In this document: piece after piece, positions 9,663 through 18,072 of the stretch | How the letters are laid out: each line of letters opens with the position of its first letter | Numbering within the stretch: position 1 is the first letter of the stretch | Origin: Bacillota bacterium | GTDB taxonomy: Bacteria; Bacillota; Clostridia; TANB77; CAG-465 | DNA length: 64,000 nucleotides | NCBI GenBank assembly: GCA_023460515.1 | Contig: JAEWPS010000038.1 | Coordinates: 7,409-71,408 of the forward strand | Reading direction: 5' to 3' | The notes under the pieces: generated by a model | What the model was told of the DNA's origin: nothing | Seen by the model: the letters and a program-made list of their open reading frames with translations, nothing else | Database searches by the model: none | Program-made: the position numbers and the translations under genes

Positions 9663-12101
9663 TCAATATTTTACTATTATACCTCCCTTGCTTTCAGTTA
9701 CCATATACTTTATATTATATTTTTTGAGTAGATTTAGTACTGCCTTACTCGGATGGCCATAAACGACTTTTTTACTTGAAATAACAGCAAGTTTTGCTTT
9801 TATATTTTTAAGAAAATATTCTGAAGTTGATGTATTAGAACCATGATGACCAACTTGAATAGCTTCTATATTTTGTAATTTCTCTAAATATGAATCTTTT
9901 TTCTTTAAATCAAGTATATCCTTTAGCATTACTTCTTCACTTTCAGTTGTACTATCGCCCATAAACAAAAAGTTATAATTATTAATAGATATCATTGCAA
10001 TTATTGAGTTAGAATTTACTTTGTCATTTGATTTAATTATTTCATTATCCCTCGGGTTTATTACATCTACAGATACATTATTACCTAAACTTATTTTATC
10101 AAATTTTTCTACCATAATCTGTTTTATTTTAAACCTATTAATAAAATTTTCAAACTCTACAAAGCTAATACTATTTTCAGTATACTTACTTATATTACTA
10201 CTATCACAGTTTTTAGGAATAGCATAAATAATTGATTCTATTTTTATTTCATTTTTTAACAACTTTTCCTCTAGTTTAAATAATCCATTTATATGATCAC
10301 TGTGCAAATGAGTTACGAGAAAAAAGTCTATTTGATCTATATTATACGCTTTTAAAAAACTTTCAAGGTTACTAATTATATTTGCATTACCTGTTGTTCC
10401 CATATCAACTAATATTACTTTACTTCCAAATTTAATTATGCTCATATTACCTTGTTCTACATTAAAATAATATACAAAATTTTGAAAATATGTTGTATAT
10501 ATATTAAAATATATTATGTATGAAAAACTCAATGTACATATTAATTTAATGATAAGTGCAACTTTCAATTTTTTTAATTTGTATTTCAAAAGGAAATTTA
10601 TTTTATATCCATAAAAAATAATTATAACAATTATATAGTAACTAAAAATACATAAGAAATTTGGAGTCGGAAGCTTTATTTCAAGTACATTAACTTTAAT
10701 TAATATTTCAGAAATTTTTATAATAATCCATAAAATTAAATAGTTAAGATTAGCAATTATATCTACTATATAAGGTAATTTACAAAGCAATATAAATATA
10801 AAACCAAAAGCAAGTTGAAGGGTTGAAAATACATATATTATTAAATTAGATATTAGAGAAATTGGCTGAATTGAATTGAAAAAATATACTTGAATCGGTA
10901 TTAATAAAATTTGAACTGAAAAGTATAATGAAAGTATATTAGAAACAAATCTTAATAATTTATATAATATAACAGTATATCTTTTACCTTTAGTTTCTTT
11001 AATCTTTATGTAATTGTTAATACCAATTAACTTTATTATATAAAAATCAAAGAAACTATTTATTTGACTAAAAAATAATATTATACCAATAAACGCTGTA
11101 AATGAAAGTATAAACGATACATTGAATATACTGCAGGGATTATATATAATAATTAAAGTAAATGCCAAAATTACTGAAATAAATTTATTTACTTTTATAG
11201 CTTTTATTTTTATATATAATGCAAAAATTGAAATTATACTTGCCCTTATTACAGATATTTCAAAATTTGAAATTGCACAAAAAACAAATATGACGACACA
11301 ATTGATAATAAATGAAAATTTAAAATTTAAGTTTTTAAATATAAAAGAAAGTATTAATATAACTATACCTACATTGCTTCCAGATACTGCGAGTAAATGT
11401 GAAAGTCCTAGTTTAGTAAAGTTTTCTTTTATATTTTCATCTAAACATGTATCATCCCCATATATCATGCTTTTAAAAAGATTTGACTCTCTAGGTGGTA
11501 ATTTACTATTAATTACATGTCCTAAAGTATCTCTAAATCTATATATATAAGTAAATAGTGAATTATTAATCCCCTCTATTTCAGCATCATATGTCATTAT
11601 TGTTCCCACTAAATTTTTAGAATTTAAAAATCTTTTATAATTAAATTCATGCAAGTTATTAAGCTTTTTTGGTATAGAAATTTTACCTTTTATTTTAATA
11701 ATATCTCCATACTTAAAATTGCCATATTTGGTATAATAAAGCTTAGTATCTTCATCAGTTATTATTTTTTTATCTTTAAATATATTTAATATAAATTTAT
11801 CTGTAAACCTATCTTTTTCTTTTATTTTTACTAAATAGCTAATATATGTTTCCTTTTCCTTCTCTTTACTTAAAATAATTAAAGAAATATTTTTATCAAT
11901 TTGCTCATTATCATATTTATAATTAAATAAATAAAAACTATAAATTATTCTAATTATTAAAATCACAAAAATAATTAAAATGATTATATATTTGTTTTTT
12001 TTAATATAATGATTTAAATTTATAGATTTAAAAAAGTTTAATATTTTAAAGATTAAATAAAGGTGAAAGAAATTATATAGATAAAATTTTATTTTTTTCA
12101 T
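9663..12101 (-). CDS. comEC: DNA internalization competence protein ComEC/Rec2
   Basis: 812 aa. Polytopic membrane competence domain plus a C-terminal metallo-beta-lactamase domain (HLHSDHINGL ... GHHGS). Confidence 0.85.
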   Translation of the reverse strand: MKKIKFYLYNFFHLYLIFKILNFFKSINLNHYIKKNKYIIILIIFVILIIRIIYSFYLFNYKYDNEQIDKNISLIILSKEKEKETYISYLVKIKEKDRFTDKFILNIFKDKKIITDEDTKLYYTKYGNFKYGDIIKIKGKISIPKKLNNLHEFNYKRFLNSKNLVGTIMTYDAEIEGINNSLFTYIYRFRDTLGHVINSKLPPRESNLFKSMIYGDDTCLDENIKENFTKLGLSHLLAVSGSNVGIVILILSFIFKNLNFKFSFIINCVVIFVFCAISNFEISVIRASIISIFALYIKIKAIKVNKFISVILAFTLIIIYNPCSIFNVSFILSFTAFIGIILFFSQINSFFDFYIIKLIGINNYIKIKETKGKRYTVILYKLLRFVSNILSLYFSVQILLIPIQVYFFNSIQPISLISNLIIYVFSTLQLAFGFIFILLCKLPYIVDIIANLNYLILWIIIKISEILIKVNVLEIKLPTPNFLCIFSYYIIVIIIFYGYKINFLLKYKLKKLKVALIIKLICTLSFSYIIYFNIYTTYFQNFVYYFNVEQGNMSIIKFGSKVILVDMGTTGNANIISNLESFLKAYNIDQIDFFLVTHLHSDHINGLFKLEEKLLKNEIKIESIIYAIPKNCDSSNISKYTENSISFVEFENFINRFKIKQIMVEKFDKISLGNNVSVDVINPRDNEIIKSNDKVNSNSIIAMISINNYNFLFMGDSTTESEEVMLKDILDLKKKDSYLEKLQNIEAIQVGHHGSNTSTSEYFLKNIKAKLAVISSKKVVYGHPSKAVLNLLKKYNIKYMVTESKGGIIVKY

Positions 12102-12159
12102 ATTAATATTTTAACATATATTAATATATAATGTAAAACAAATTTTATATAAAAAAACA

Positions 12160-12188
12160 GCAAAAAAAGAGGATATTTATATCCTCTT
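12160..12188 (-). terminator. rho-independent terminator of spoVG
   Basis: Stem AAGAGGAT/ATCCTCTT (12167..12188), followed on the minus strand by a 7-T run. Confidence 0.7.
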
Positions 12189-12203
12189 TTAACAATCTAT
12201 TAA

Positions 12204-12470
12204 CTAAGCTTGAACTTCGTCAGTTTCATTGTATTTTTCGATAACTTTAGCTTGAATCATCTCTCTTGTTTCAGTGTTTATTGGATGAGCTATATCTTTA
12301 AATTCTCCGTTTGGAGTTTTTCTGCTAGGCATAGCAATAAATAAACCTTTATCACTTTCAATGATTTTTATATCGTGAATTACGAATACGTCATCGATAG
12401 TTATAGAAGCTATTGCTTTCATCCTGTTTTGAGAAACTACTTTTCTTACTCTTATATCAGTTATTGTCAT
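12204..12470 (-). CDS. spoVG: septation protein SpoVG
   Basis: 88 aa, [11 protein letters not shown]...[21 protein letters not shown]...[22 protein letters not shown]. Confidence 0.95.
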   Translation of the reverse strand: MTITDIRVRKVVSQNRMKAIASITIDDVFVIHDIKIIESDKGLFIAMPSRKTPNGEFKDIAHPINTETREMIQAKVIEKYNETDEVQA

Positions 12471-12504
12471 AATGTTACACCGCCTTCCTTTATTGTATGA
12501 CTAT

Positions 12505-12533
12505 ATTATACTTAAAACTTTTCAATATGTCAA
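12505..12533 (-). promoter_or_regulatory. sigma-A consensus promoter for spoVG (TTGACA-N17-TATAAT)
   Basis: On the minus strand: TTGACA (12528..12533), a 17-nt spacer, then TATAAT (12505..12510). Confidence 0.6.
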
Positions 12534-12570
12534 TAGCAAAATTTAAAAAAAGTAAAAAATAACCAAATTA

Positions 12571-13251
12571 TTACAAATTAAAGAGAATTTTATCTCTTTT
12601 TATATTATATTCTAAATCTTGTGAAATATATTCATTAAAACCAATTGTTATATACTCTGGCTTCAAGTTACTTTTAGAACCTGTATTTACAGTTACTTCC
12701 AATTTTCCGTCTAATAAAAAGTCATAAGATATGATCATTGGTTTTATATCTACTCTTTCCATTCTCTCTGTAGATTTTTTAATAACTAACAAATAATCTT
12801 GCTCTAGATATTCTTGTAATTTAATTTTGTACCAAGTTTTTATATCTTCTATTTGCTTCTTATTTTTTCCAGCCATCATTTCATTTTTATAACAAATTTC
12901 AATCGTATATGTAGAAGCATATACTCTTGCCATTATGTTTTTTTCATTTAAATTTACATATTCTGCAGATAGTATAGTAATTGATGGTGGAATAACTCTA
13001 TTTAATTCTCTTATTATATATGATATAGGAAACTCTTCTTGTAATATAGCTTCAAATATTTCTCCAGTACTTTCTATTCCTACGGTTAAAGGATGTGCAA
13101 ATACAATCTCAGGTTTTGGATTGAATCCTTTACTATATTCAAGTGGAACATTTGCTCTTCTAAAAGTTTTTTCAAAAACTCCCATTATATCTAAATGAGA
13201 TAAATACATAGCATCTTTTGTTTTACTATATACTGCTCTTAATTTAACCAT
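12571..13251 (-). CDS. TIGR03936/DUF2344 radical-SAM-associated protein
   Basis: 226 aa, ...MYLSHLDIMGVFEKTFRRANVPLEYSKGFNPKPEIVFAHPLTVGIES, characteristic of DUF2344. Confidence 0.8.
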   Translation of the reverse strand: MVKLRAVYSKTKDAMYLSHLDIMGVFEKTFRRANVPLEYSKGFNPKPEIVFAHPLTVGIESTGEIFEAILQEEFPISYIIRELNRVIPPSITILSAEYVNLNEKNIMARVYASTYTIEICYKNEMMAGKNKKQIEDIKTWYKIKLQEYLEQDYLLVIKKSTERMERVDIKPMIISYDFLLDGKLEVTVNTGSKSNLKPEYITIGFNEYISQDLEYNIKRDKILFNL

Positions 13252-13359
13252 TATTTTTATCTCCTTTTTTTCTTAAATTTATACATTTTCTATTGAATAG
13301 TATATCACAATATTGAAAAATGTCAATATTTATGTACATATACTTACTTGGTTTTATAT

Positions 13360-13399
13360 GAAATTTAAAACCACCCTACTATTTTAGTAAGGTGGTTTT
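13360..13399 (-). terminator. terminator downstream of tRNA-Gly
   Basis: Stem AAAACCACC (13367..13375) / GGTGGTTTT (13391..13399), with a T-rich run after it on the minus strand. Confidence 0.6.
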
Positions 13400-13406
13400 A
13401 AATTAA

Positions 13407-13480
13407 TGGAGCGGGCTGTGAGAATCGAACTCACATCAAAAGATCGGAAGCCTTTTATTCTACCACTAAACTAAGCCCGC
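13407..13480 (-). tRNA. tRNA-Gly (anticodon TCC)
   Basis: Reverse complement GCGGGCTTAGTTTAGTGGTAGAATAAAAGGCTTCCGATCTTTTGATGTGAGTTCGATTCTCACAGCCCGCTCCA. Acceptor GCGGGCT/AGCCCGC, anticodon loop CTTCCGA, T-arm GTGAG-TTCGATT-CTCAC, encoded CCA. Confidence 0.88.
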
Positions 13481-13613
13481 ATATTACTTTATATTTAATA
13501 TTATACATTATATTTAAACTTTTTTCAATACTTTAATTAATATTTCACTATTTGTTCCTAAATTTATATATAATTTTAATTATATGTTTTTAATAAAATT
13601 TTTATCAAAAATA

Positions 13614-13641
13614 TTGAAAAACACAAAAAATATGATATAAT
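13614..13641 (+). promoter_or_regulatory. promoter for adk (TTGAAA-N16-TGaTATAAT)
   Basis: TTGAAA at 13614..13619 and an extended -10 TGATATAAT ending at 13641. Confidence 0.5.
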
Positions 13642-13706
13642 ATATCCTTGCTGACTAAATTAATTAATTTATTAAATCATAATTATGATGAAGGAGGAAA
13701 ATATTT

Positions 13707-14324
13707 ATGCATTATGTAATTTTAGGAGGTCCTGCTGCCGGTAAAGGAACTATGTCAAAAATTTTATGCGCAGAATTACAAATACCCCATATTTCAACTG
13801 GTGATCTTTTCAGAAAGTTAAGTGAAACAGACTTAGATATACGTGAAAGTTTAAATAAGGGTATATATATATCTGACGACATAACTACTAAAATGTTATA
13901 TGAAAGGATATCTCAAGTTGATTGTTTAAACGGTTGTGTTCTAGATGGTTACCCAAGAAATTTAAATCAAGCTCTTCTTTTAGATGATATTTTACAAAAA
14001 TTTGGTAAAAGTTTAACAGCTGCCATAGAGCTAACAGTTCCAGACAGTGTTGTTTTTGAAAGAATTTTAAAAAGAAAAGCATGTCCTAAATGTGGAAGAA
14101 TCTATGGTTTAACTGTTCCATCTAAAGTTGAAAACATTTGTGACGATTGTAAACTTGAACTTGTAACACGTTCTGACGACAACGAAGAAACATTAAAAAC
14201 AAGAATTGATCTATATAAATCACAAGTTAAACCTATACTAGATTATTATAGAGAAAAAGGGTTACTTATAACAATAGATGCATCAGATAATCCACAAAAA
14301 ATACTACAAGTAATCAATTATTAG
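13707..14324 (+). CDS. adk: adenylate kinase (zinc-lid type), stand-alone
   Basis: 205 aa. P-loop GGPAAGKGT, HISTGDLFR, DGYPRN, and a lid with CPKCGR...CDDC. GAAGGAGG SD. Confidence 0.82.
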   Translation: MHYVILGGPAAGKGTMSKILCAELQIPHISTGDLFRKLSETDLDIRESLNKGIYISDDITTKMLYERISQVDCLNGCVLDGYPRNLNQALLLDDILQKFGKSLTAAIELTVPDSVVFERILKRKACPKCGRIYGLTVPSKVENICDDCKLELVTRSDDNEETLKTRIDLYKSQVKPILDYYREKGLLITIDASDNPQKILQVINY

Positions 14325-14343
14325 TAGGATTTAAAATAAAAAT

Positions 14344-14376
14344 AAAATAGAGGATTTTAATAAAATTCTCTATTTT
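14344..14376. terminator. bidirectional hairpin between adk and tRNA-Leu
   Basis: AAAATAGAGGATTTT-AAT-AAAATTCTCTATTTT long hairpin, followed by a T-run on the plus strand. Confidence 0.65.
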
Positions 14377-14392
14377 ATTTTTTTATTCATTT

Positions 14393-14479
14393 TGGTGCCG
14401 GAAGTGGGACTTGAACCCACACGAGTGTTACCTCACCAGATTTTGAGTCTAGCGCGTCTGCCAATTCCACCATTTCGGC
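14393..14479 (-). tRNA. tRNA-Leu (anticodon CAA)
   Basis: Reverse complement GCCGAAATGGTGGAATTGGCAGACGCGCTAGACTCAAAATCTGGTGAGGTAACACTCGTGTGGGTTCAAGTCCCACTTCCGGCACCA. Long variable arm, anticodon loop CTCAAAA, T-arm GTGGG-TTCAAGT-CCCAC, encoded CCA. Confidence 0.9.
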
Positions 14480-14816
14480 ATATTTACGTACTTCTTAGTT
14501 AACTTTTACTTTAACCACGTCAGATTATTACATGTTTATCGCATAAGATTAATACATATATATTATACACTATTAAATTTAAATTTCAATCATTTTTTAA
14601 AATTTTAATAATTTTACATTAAATTTATTAAAAGAAAATACACATATGAATAAATATACAATTACTATTAAATAAATGACTGATATTTTTAAAAAAGTAA
14701 TGAACTAAGCTTTATACGTGTAAACAATTGAAAATAGTAGGATGAAATATTCAACAGACATAATTTCTTTCAACAAATTTTGGAAAATAATTGAATTTAG
14801 AATTCTTAAAATAAGA

Positions 14817-14858
14817 TAAAAACAATAAGAGAAATTTAAATTTCTCTTATTGTTTTTG
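14817..14858 (-). terminator. terminator of the metalloprotease gene
   Basis: Perfect 17-bp palindrome AACAATAAGAGAAATTT/AAATTTCTCTTATTGTT (14821..14854), flanked by A/T runs. Confidence 0.7.
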
Positions 14859-14922
14859 AAATAAATTCATTGTAAATTTTAACTCTTATTTATTGCAATA
14901 TTAGTCACTGTACATTTTACAA

Positions 14923-15498
14923 CTAATATATTGCATTCAATCCTGCAATATCATCAGAAGTTAAGGCACGCAAAAAAGAGTTGGGAACTTGCGGTTGAGA
15001 CATTACAGAACCTGCTACATTAGACTCTCCTAATCCCAGAACATGTCCAAGTTCATGAGTATACATAGTCTGAGCATCATATCCATTAGCAGCACCAGGT
15101 GAAAAAATATAATTATAACTAATATTTACATCAATGTTACCTTCATAAATCACGCCGCTTGTATCATAAGATATTCGTGTCACTGCTATTGGACGTCCAG
15201 TACCCATCGCTGAAAGAGTGACACCATTCAAACCATCTCTCACACCTGGAAATGGAACTGCTTTTACTCCTCCGTAAACAAATAGAGTTCCTTTTCCCGC
15301 ATTATTCCACGTGTTTATCGCATTATTCAATGCAGTTATATGACTTGATGTCATATTTGTATGTGCGTACATTACAATAGGCCTAGTATAAAAACCTTCA
15401 GCACAAGTGATAACATAAGCATTTGCTACCATAGTTGTTGAAATAAGCATTACAAACATCATTACCACTACTGTTAAAACTTTTAATTTTGATTTCAT
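14923..15498 (-). CDS. secreted minimal zinc metalloprotease, matrixin (M10)-like with HExxHxxGxxE motif
   Basis: 191 aa. Signal peptide MKSKLKVLTVVVMMFVMLISTTMVANA, then HELGHVLGLGES, a Met-turn-like SVM, and a C-terminal LTSDDIAGLNAIY as in matrixins (L..DDI.GIQ.LY). AGGGGAGGA SD. Visibly more G+C rich than its flanks (by eye). Confidence 0.7.
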   Translation of the reverse strand: MKSKLKVLTVVVMMFVMLISTTMVANAYVITCAEGFYTRPIVMYAHTNMTSSHITALNNAINTWNNAGKGTLFVYGGVKAVPFPGVRDGLNGVTLSAMGTGRPIAVTRISYDTSGVIYEGNIDVNISYNYIFSPGAANGYDAQTMYTHELGHVLGLGESNVAGSVMSQPQVPNSFLRALTSDDIAGLNAIY

Positions 15499-15770
15499 TT
15501 GAAATCCTCCCCTTAATAATTATTATTTAACAATTACTTGAATATTTTTATAACTCCCACATTATACCATTTTTAAAATTTAATGTCAATCATTTGCTAA
15601 AATAATCGTTCCCTATAATTCTTATATACCTATTAAATAATACATTTTATAAATTAATAAACTATATACTTATATTTTTTTAACTTAGATTTTATCTGAT
15701 GTTGTTTTGCTATTAGTTTTAAAATCATTAGAGTACTTTGCTTACATACTACACTATTAATTAAAAATAT

Positions 15771-15804
15771 AAAAGTTACAAAATTTTATAACTTTGTAAC
15801 TTTT
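15771..15804 (-). terminator. terminator of the 180-aa gene
   Basis: Arms AAAAGTTACAAA (15771..15782) and TTTGTAACTTTT (15793..15804). Confidence 0.6.
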
Positions 15805-15811
15805 ATATAAC

Positions 15812-16354
15812 TTATTTAACATTAATCTTGAATCCGTAATACATATGTCCTCTATTTTTTACTTCCATAAAAATCTGACAATTATAATTTTTATCAATAT
15901 CTAAATCATCTACTTTTATATCTACTTTTTTATTGTCTATGCTTAAATTTGTTAGCCTCACTAACTTACCAGTATCATCTGCAATTAATAAAGTTATTAG
16001 ATATTGTTGTTCAAAAACATAATTTTCAAATGAATTTAAATCTATTTTTAATATATCACTAGATAAAATTTTTATACTATCCTTTTCCTTTAAGAACTGG
16101 GTTATTGTACTAGACTCGACATTTGGGTCTGATTTTACAAAACCTAAATTAATTATACCATCTTTAGGTTCTTTCCATACATCACTCTTTAAATATGCTT
16201 TTCCAATAATCACGTCATTTAATAACACATTAATTTGTTCTTTTGGCATTTGCAAATCACTTGTAACTTTTTTATTATTATTATATATAATTAAAAGTAT
16301 ACCAGTCATAATTATTATGAATACAAACACAACTATTATTATTATTTTTCTCAT
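15812..16354 (-). CDS. hypothetical membrane-anchored extracytoplasmic protein
   Basis: 180 aa with a single N-terminal TM helix (MRKIIIIVVFVFIIIMTGILLIIY). No family recognised. Confidence 0.55.
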   Translation of the reverse strand: MRKIIIIVVFVFIIIMTGILLIIYNNNKKVTSDLQMPKEQINVLLNDVIIGKAYLKSDVWKEPKDGIINLGFVKSDPNVESSTITQFLKEKDSIKILSSDILKIDLNSFENYVFEQQYLITLLIADDTGKLVRLTNLSIDNKKVDIKVDDLDIDKNYNCQIFMEVKNRGHMYYGFKINVK

Positions 16355-16573
16355 TAGAACACCCCTAAATTAATTATACACTATTTTGTTTTTTTGTCAA
16401 TACTTACCATTAATTTATATTATATCTATCTAATATAATGTTATTTGTTATAAAAATTATCCATAAAAAACCACACCGGATTATGACTTTTATCATAAAA
16501 TAATCTGATGTGGTTTTTTGTTTCTATATATTTATTAAAACGCTTATAAACGCTGTTAATTGAACTTTTAGGA

Positions 16574-16648
16574 ACTTGAACTCACACGAGTGTTACCCCA
16601 CCAGATTTTGAGTCTGGCGCGTCTGCCAATTCCACCATTTCGGCATAT
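16574..16648 (-). pseudogene. truncated tRNA-Leu(CAA) copy (5' 71 nt only; T-stem 3' strand and acceptor 3' strand missing)
   Basis: 72 of 75 nt identical to 14409..14483 (hand alignment). The sequence beyond 16574 (TCCTAAAAGTTCAATT on the minus strand) cannot pair with GTGAG or GCCGAAA, so no cloverleaf forms. Confidence 0.8.
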
Positions 16649-16707
16649 ACAAAAGATGTATTAATATATTAACACATCTTGATTAAAAAATCAATAGCTT
16701 ATACAAA

Positions 16708-17880
16708 TTATTTTTCTGTAACCTTTTCTCTTTGTATATCTTCAGCTATTTTATTTTCTATTATCGACTTCTTTTTTGATGCAATTTCTAATTCTTTCAT
16801 GTAATCATTTTTATCTCTATTTTTTTGTTCTAATTCAAGAAGACCTTTTTCAAAATCAATTATTTTATCTTTAATATTTTCAAAAACTAGTTCTTCTTTT
16901 GCCTCTTTTAAATATTTAGGTTCTATCTGTACTGCATATTCTAAACAGCTCATAGCCTTTTCATATTCTTTTGAAGCTGCATATACCGTTGCAAGTTTAT
17001 AATATGCTTTTCCACCATATATTGTAGACGAACGTGCCAATTTAAAAAATTCTATTGCTTTTGCATAATCACCTTTTAAGTAATTTATTATTCCTATATT
17101 ATAATATGCACTATATAATTTTGGTTTTAAACTAGCAGCTTTTTCGAAACTTTTTTCCGATTCATCATAATAACCAATTTCAAGTTCTACCATAGCTATA
17201 TTATAGTATAATTCAAATGACTCAGGATGATATTCCACAGCATTTTTATATACTCTCAATGCTTCCTCATACCTTGCCTGTGATGTATAACAAATCCCCA
17301 AACTTTCTGCTGCATCATAAAAATCTGGTTTTATCCTTAAAGAGTTATTAAACATAATTATTGCTGTTTCTTTCTTATTAGTCTCATCTAATATACAACC
17401 AAGTTCATAATATGATAAATAATCTCTCTTATCTAACTCAACAGCTAGAGCAAATGAATCTCTAGAGTTTACAAAGTCATTTAAATGTTTATAGCATACA
17501 CCTAAATGATAGTAATACTCCGATTTTCTACCAGTTTGTTCTATAAGTTTATATAATAAAGTTTTAGCCTTTTCATAATCTTGTAAATACATATTCCATT
17601 TCATTTTGTAATATAATATTTTTTTTGTTAATATAATATTATTATATTGTAATAAAGCAAAAATTAGTGGTATAACAAACATTGATATAATAAGTAATAT
17701 TTGAATGAATTCTGGTATATATATTCCATTAATTGTAAAAACTAAATATGAACCAAAAGCAAATGATGATATTGATTCAATAAATATATTTTCTGGTACA
17801 TATCTTTTAACAAATTTATGTACTAAGAAGAAGTTTAATAATACGATTGCTACTACTGTTACTACCTTTTCAATAACCAT
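16708..17880 (-). CDS. membrane-anchored tetratricopeptide (TPR) repeat protein
   Basis: ORF 16708..17928. Start moved to ATG 17880 (MVIEKVVTVV), preceded by GGGGGAAAGGA. Three N-terminal TM helices, then ~8 TPR-like 34-aa repeats (..YY.LG.CY....Y..A...F..A..L.P). Confidence 0.75.
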   Translation of the reverse strand: MVIEKVVTVVAIVLLNFFLVHKFVKRYVPENIFIESISSFAFGSYLVFTINGIYIPEFIQILLIISMFVIPLIFALLQYNNIILTKKILYYKMKWNMYLQDYEKAKTLLYKLIEQTGRKSEYYYHLGVCYKHLNDFVNSRDSFALAVELDKRDYLSYYELGCILDETNKKETAIIMFNNSLRIKPDFYDAAESLGICYTSQARYEEALRVYKNAVEYHPESFELYYNIAMVELEIGYYDESEKSFEKAASLKPKLYSAYYNIGIINYLKGDYAKAIEFFKLARSSTIYGGKAYYKLATVYAASKEYEKAMSCLEYAVQIEPKYLKEAKEELVFENIKDKIIDFEKGLLELEQKNRDKNDYMKELEIASKKKSIIENKIAEDIQREKVTEK

Positions 17881-18002
17881 TATCCTTTCCCCCAATTTAA
17901 ACATATTATATACTATTAAATTGCACATTTCAAGTTTTTTTGGTACATTACCTTTTTTTAAACAAAAAAAGACAATAAATTTTATTAAAATATATAAAAC
18001 AT

Positions 18003-18031
18003 TTGACTATTTGTATTTTTTTTTGTATAAT
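18003..18031 (+). promoter_or_regulatory. promoter for murC (TTGACT-N17-TATAAT)
   Basis: TTGACT at 18003..18008 and TATAAT at 18026..18031. Confidence 0.55.
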
Positions 18032-18072
18032 TATAGTAAAATATTATTAAATTAAGATAAGGATGTGATGAC

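Larger units (their letters stand above)
14480..16573. other. ~2.1-kb islet bracketed by 75-nt tRNA-Leu-derived direct repeats
   Basis: Lies between the repeat copies 14409..14483 and 16574..16648. Holds the secreted metalloprotease gene and a membrane-anchored hypothetical gene, each with its own terminator. No integrase present. Confidence 0.6.

Noticed and set aside
11122-11550. 142-aa plus-strand ORF inside comEC
   Set aside because: Antisense shadow ORF in AT-rich DNA, with no SD and an implausible composition. comEC on the minus strand explains the region.
16652-16690. TTGATT-N17-TGtTAATAT promoter-like match upstream of the truncated tRNA-Leu copy
   Set aside because: It overlaps the imperfect hairpin AGATGTATTAATA/TATTAACACATCT, which more plausibly terminates the TPR gene, and the -10 matches only 4 of 6. 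Too ambiguous to report as a feature.
17705-18055. 116-aa plus-strand ORF spanning the TPR gene start and the murC promoter region
   Set aside because: It overlaps a well-supported minus-strand gene and a consensus promoter, has no SD, and has a low-complexity translation.
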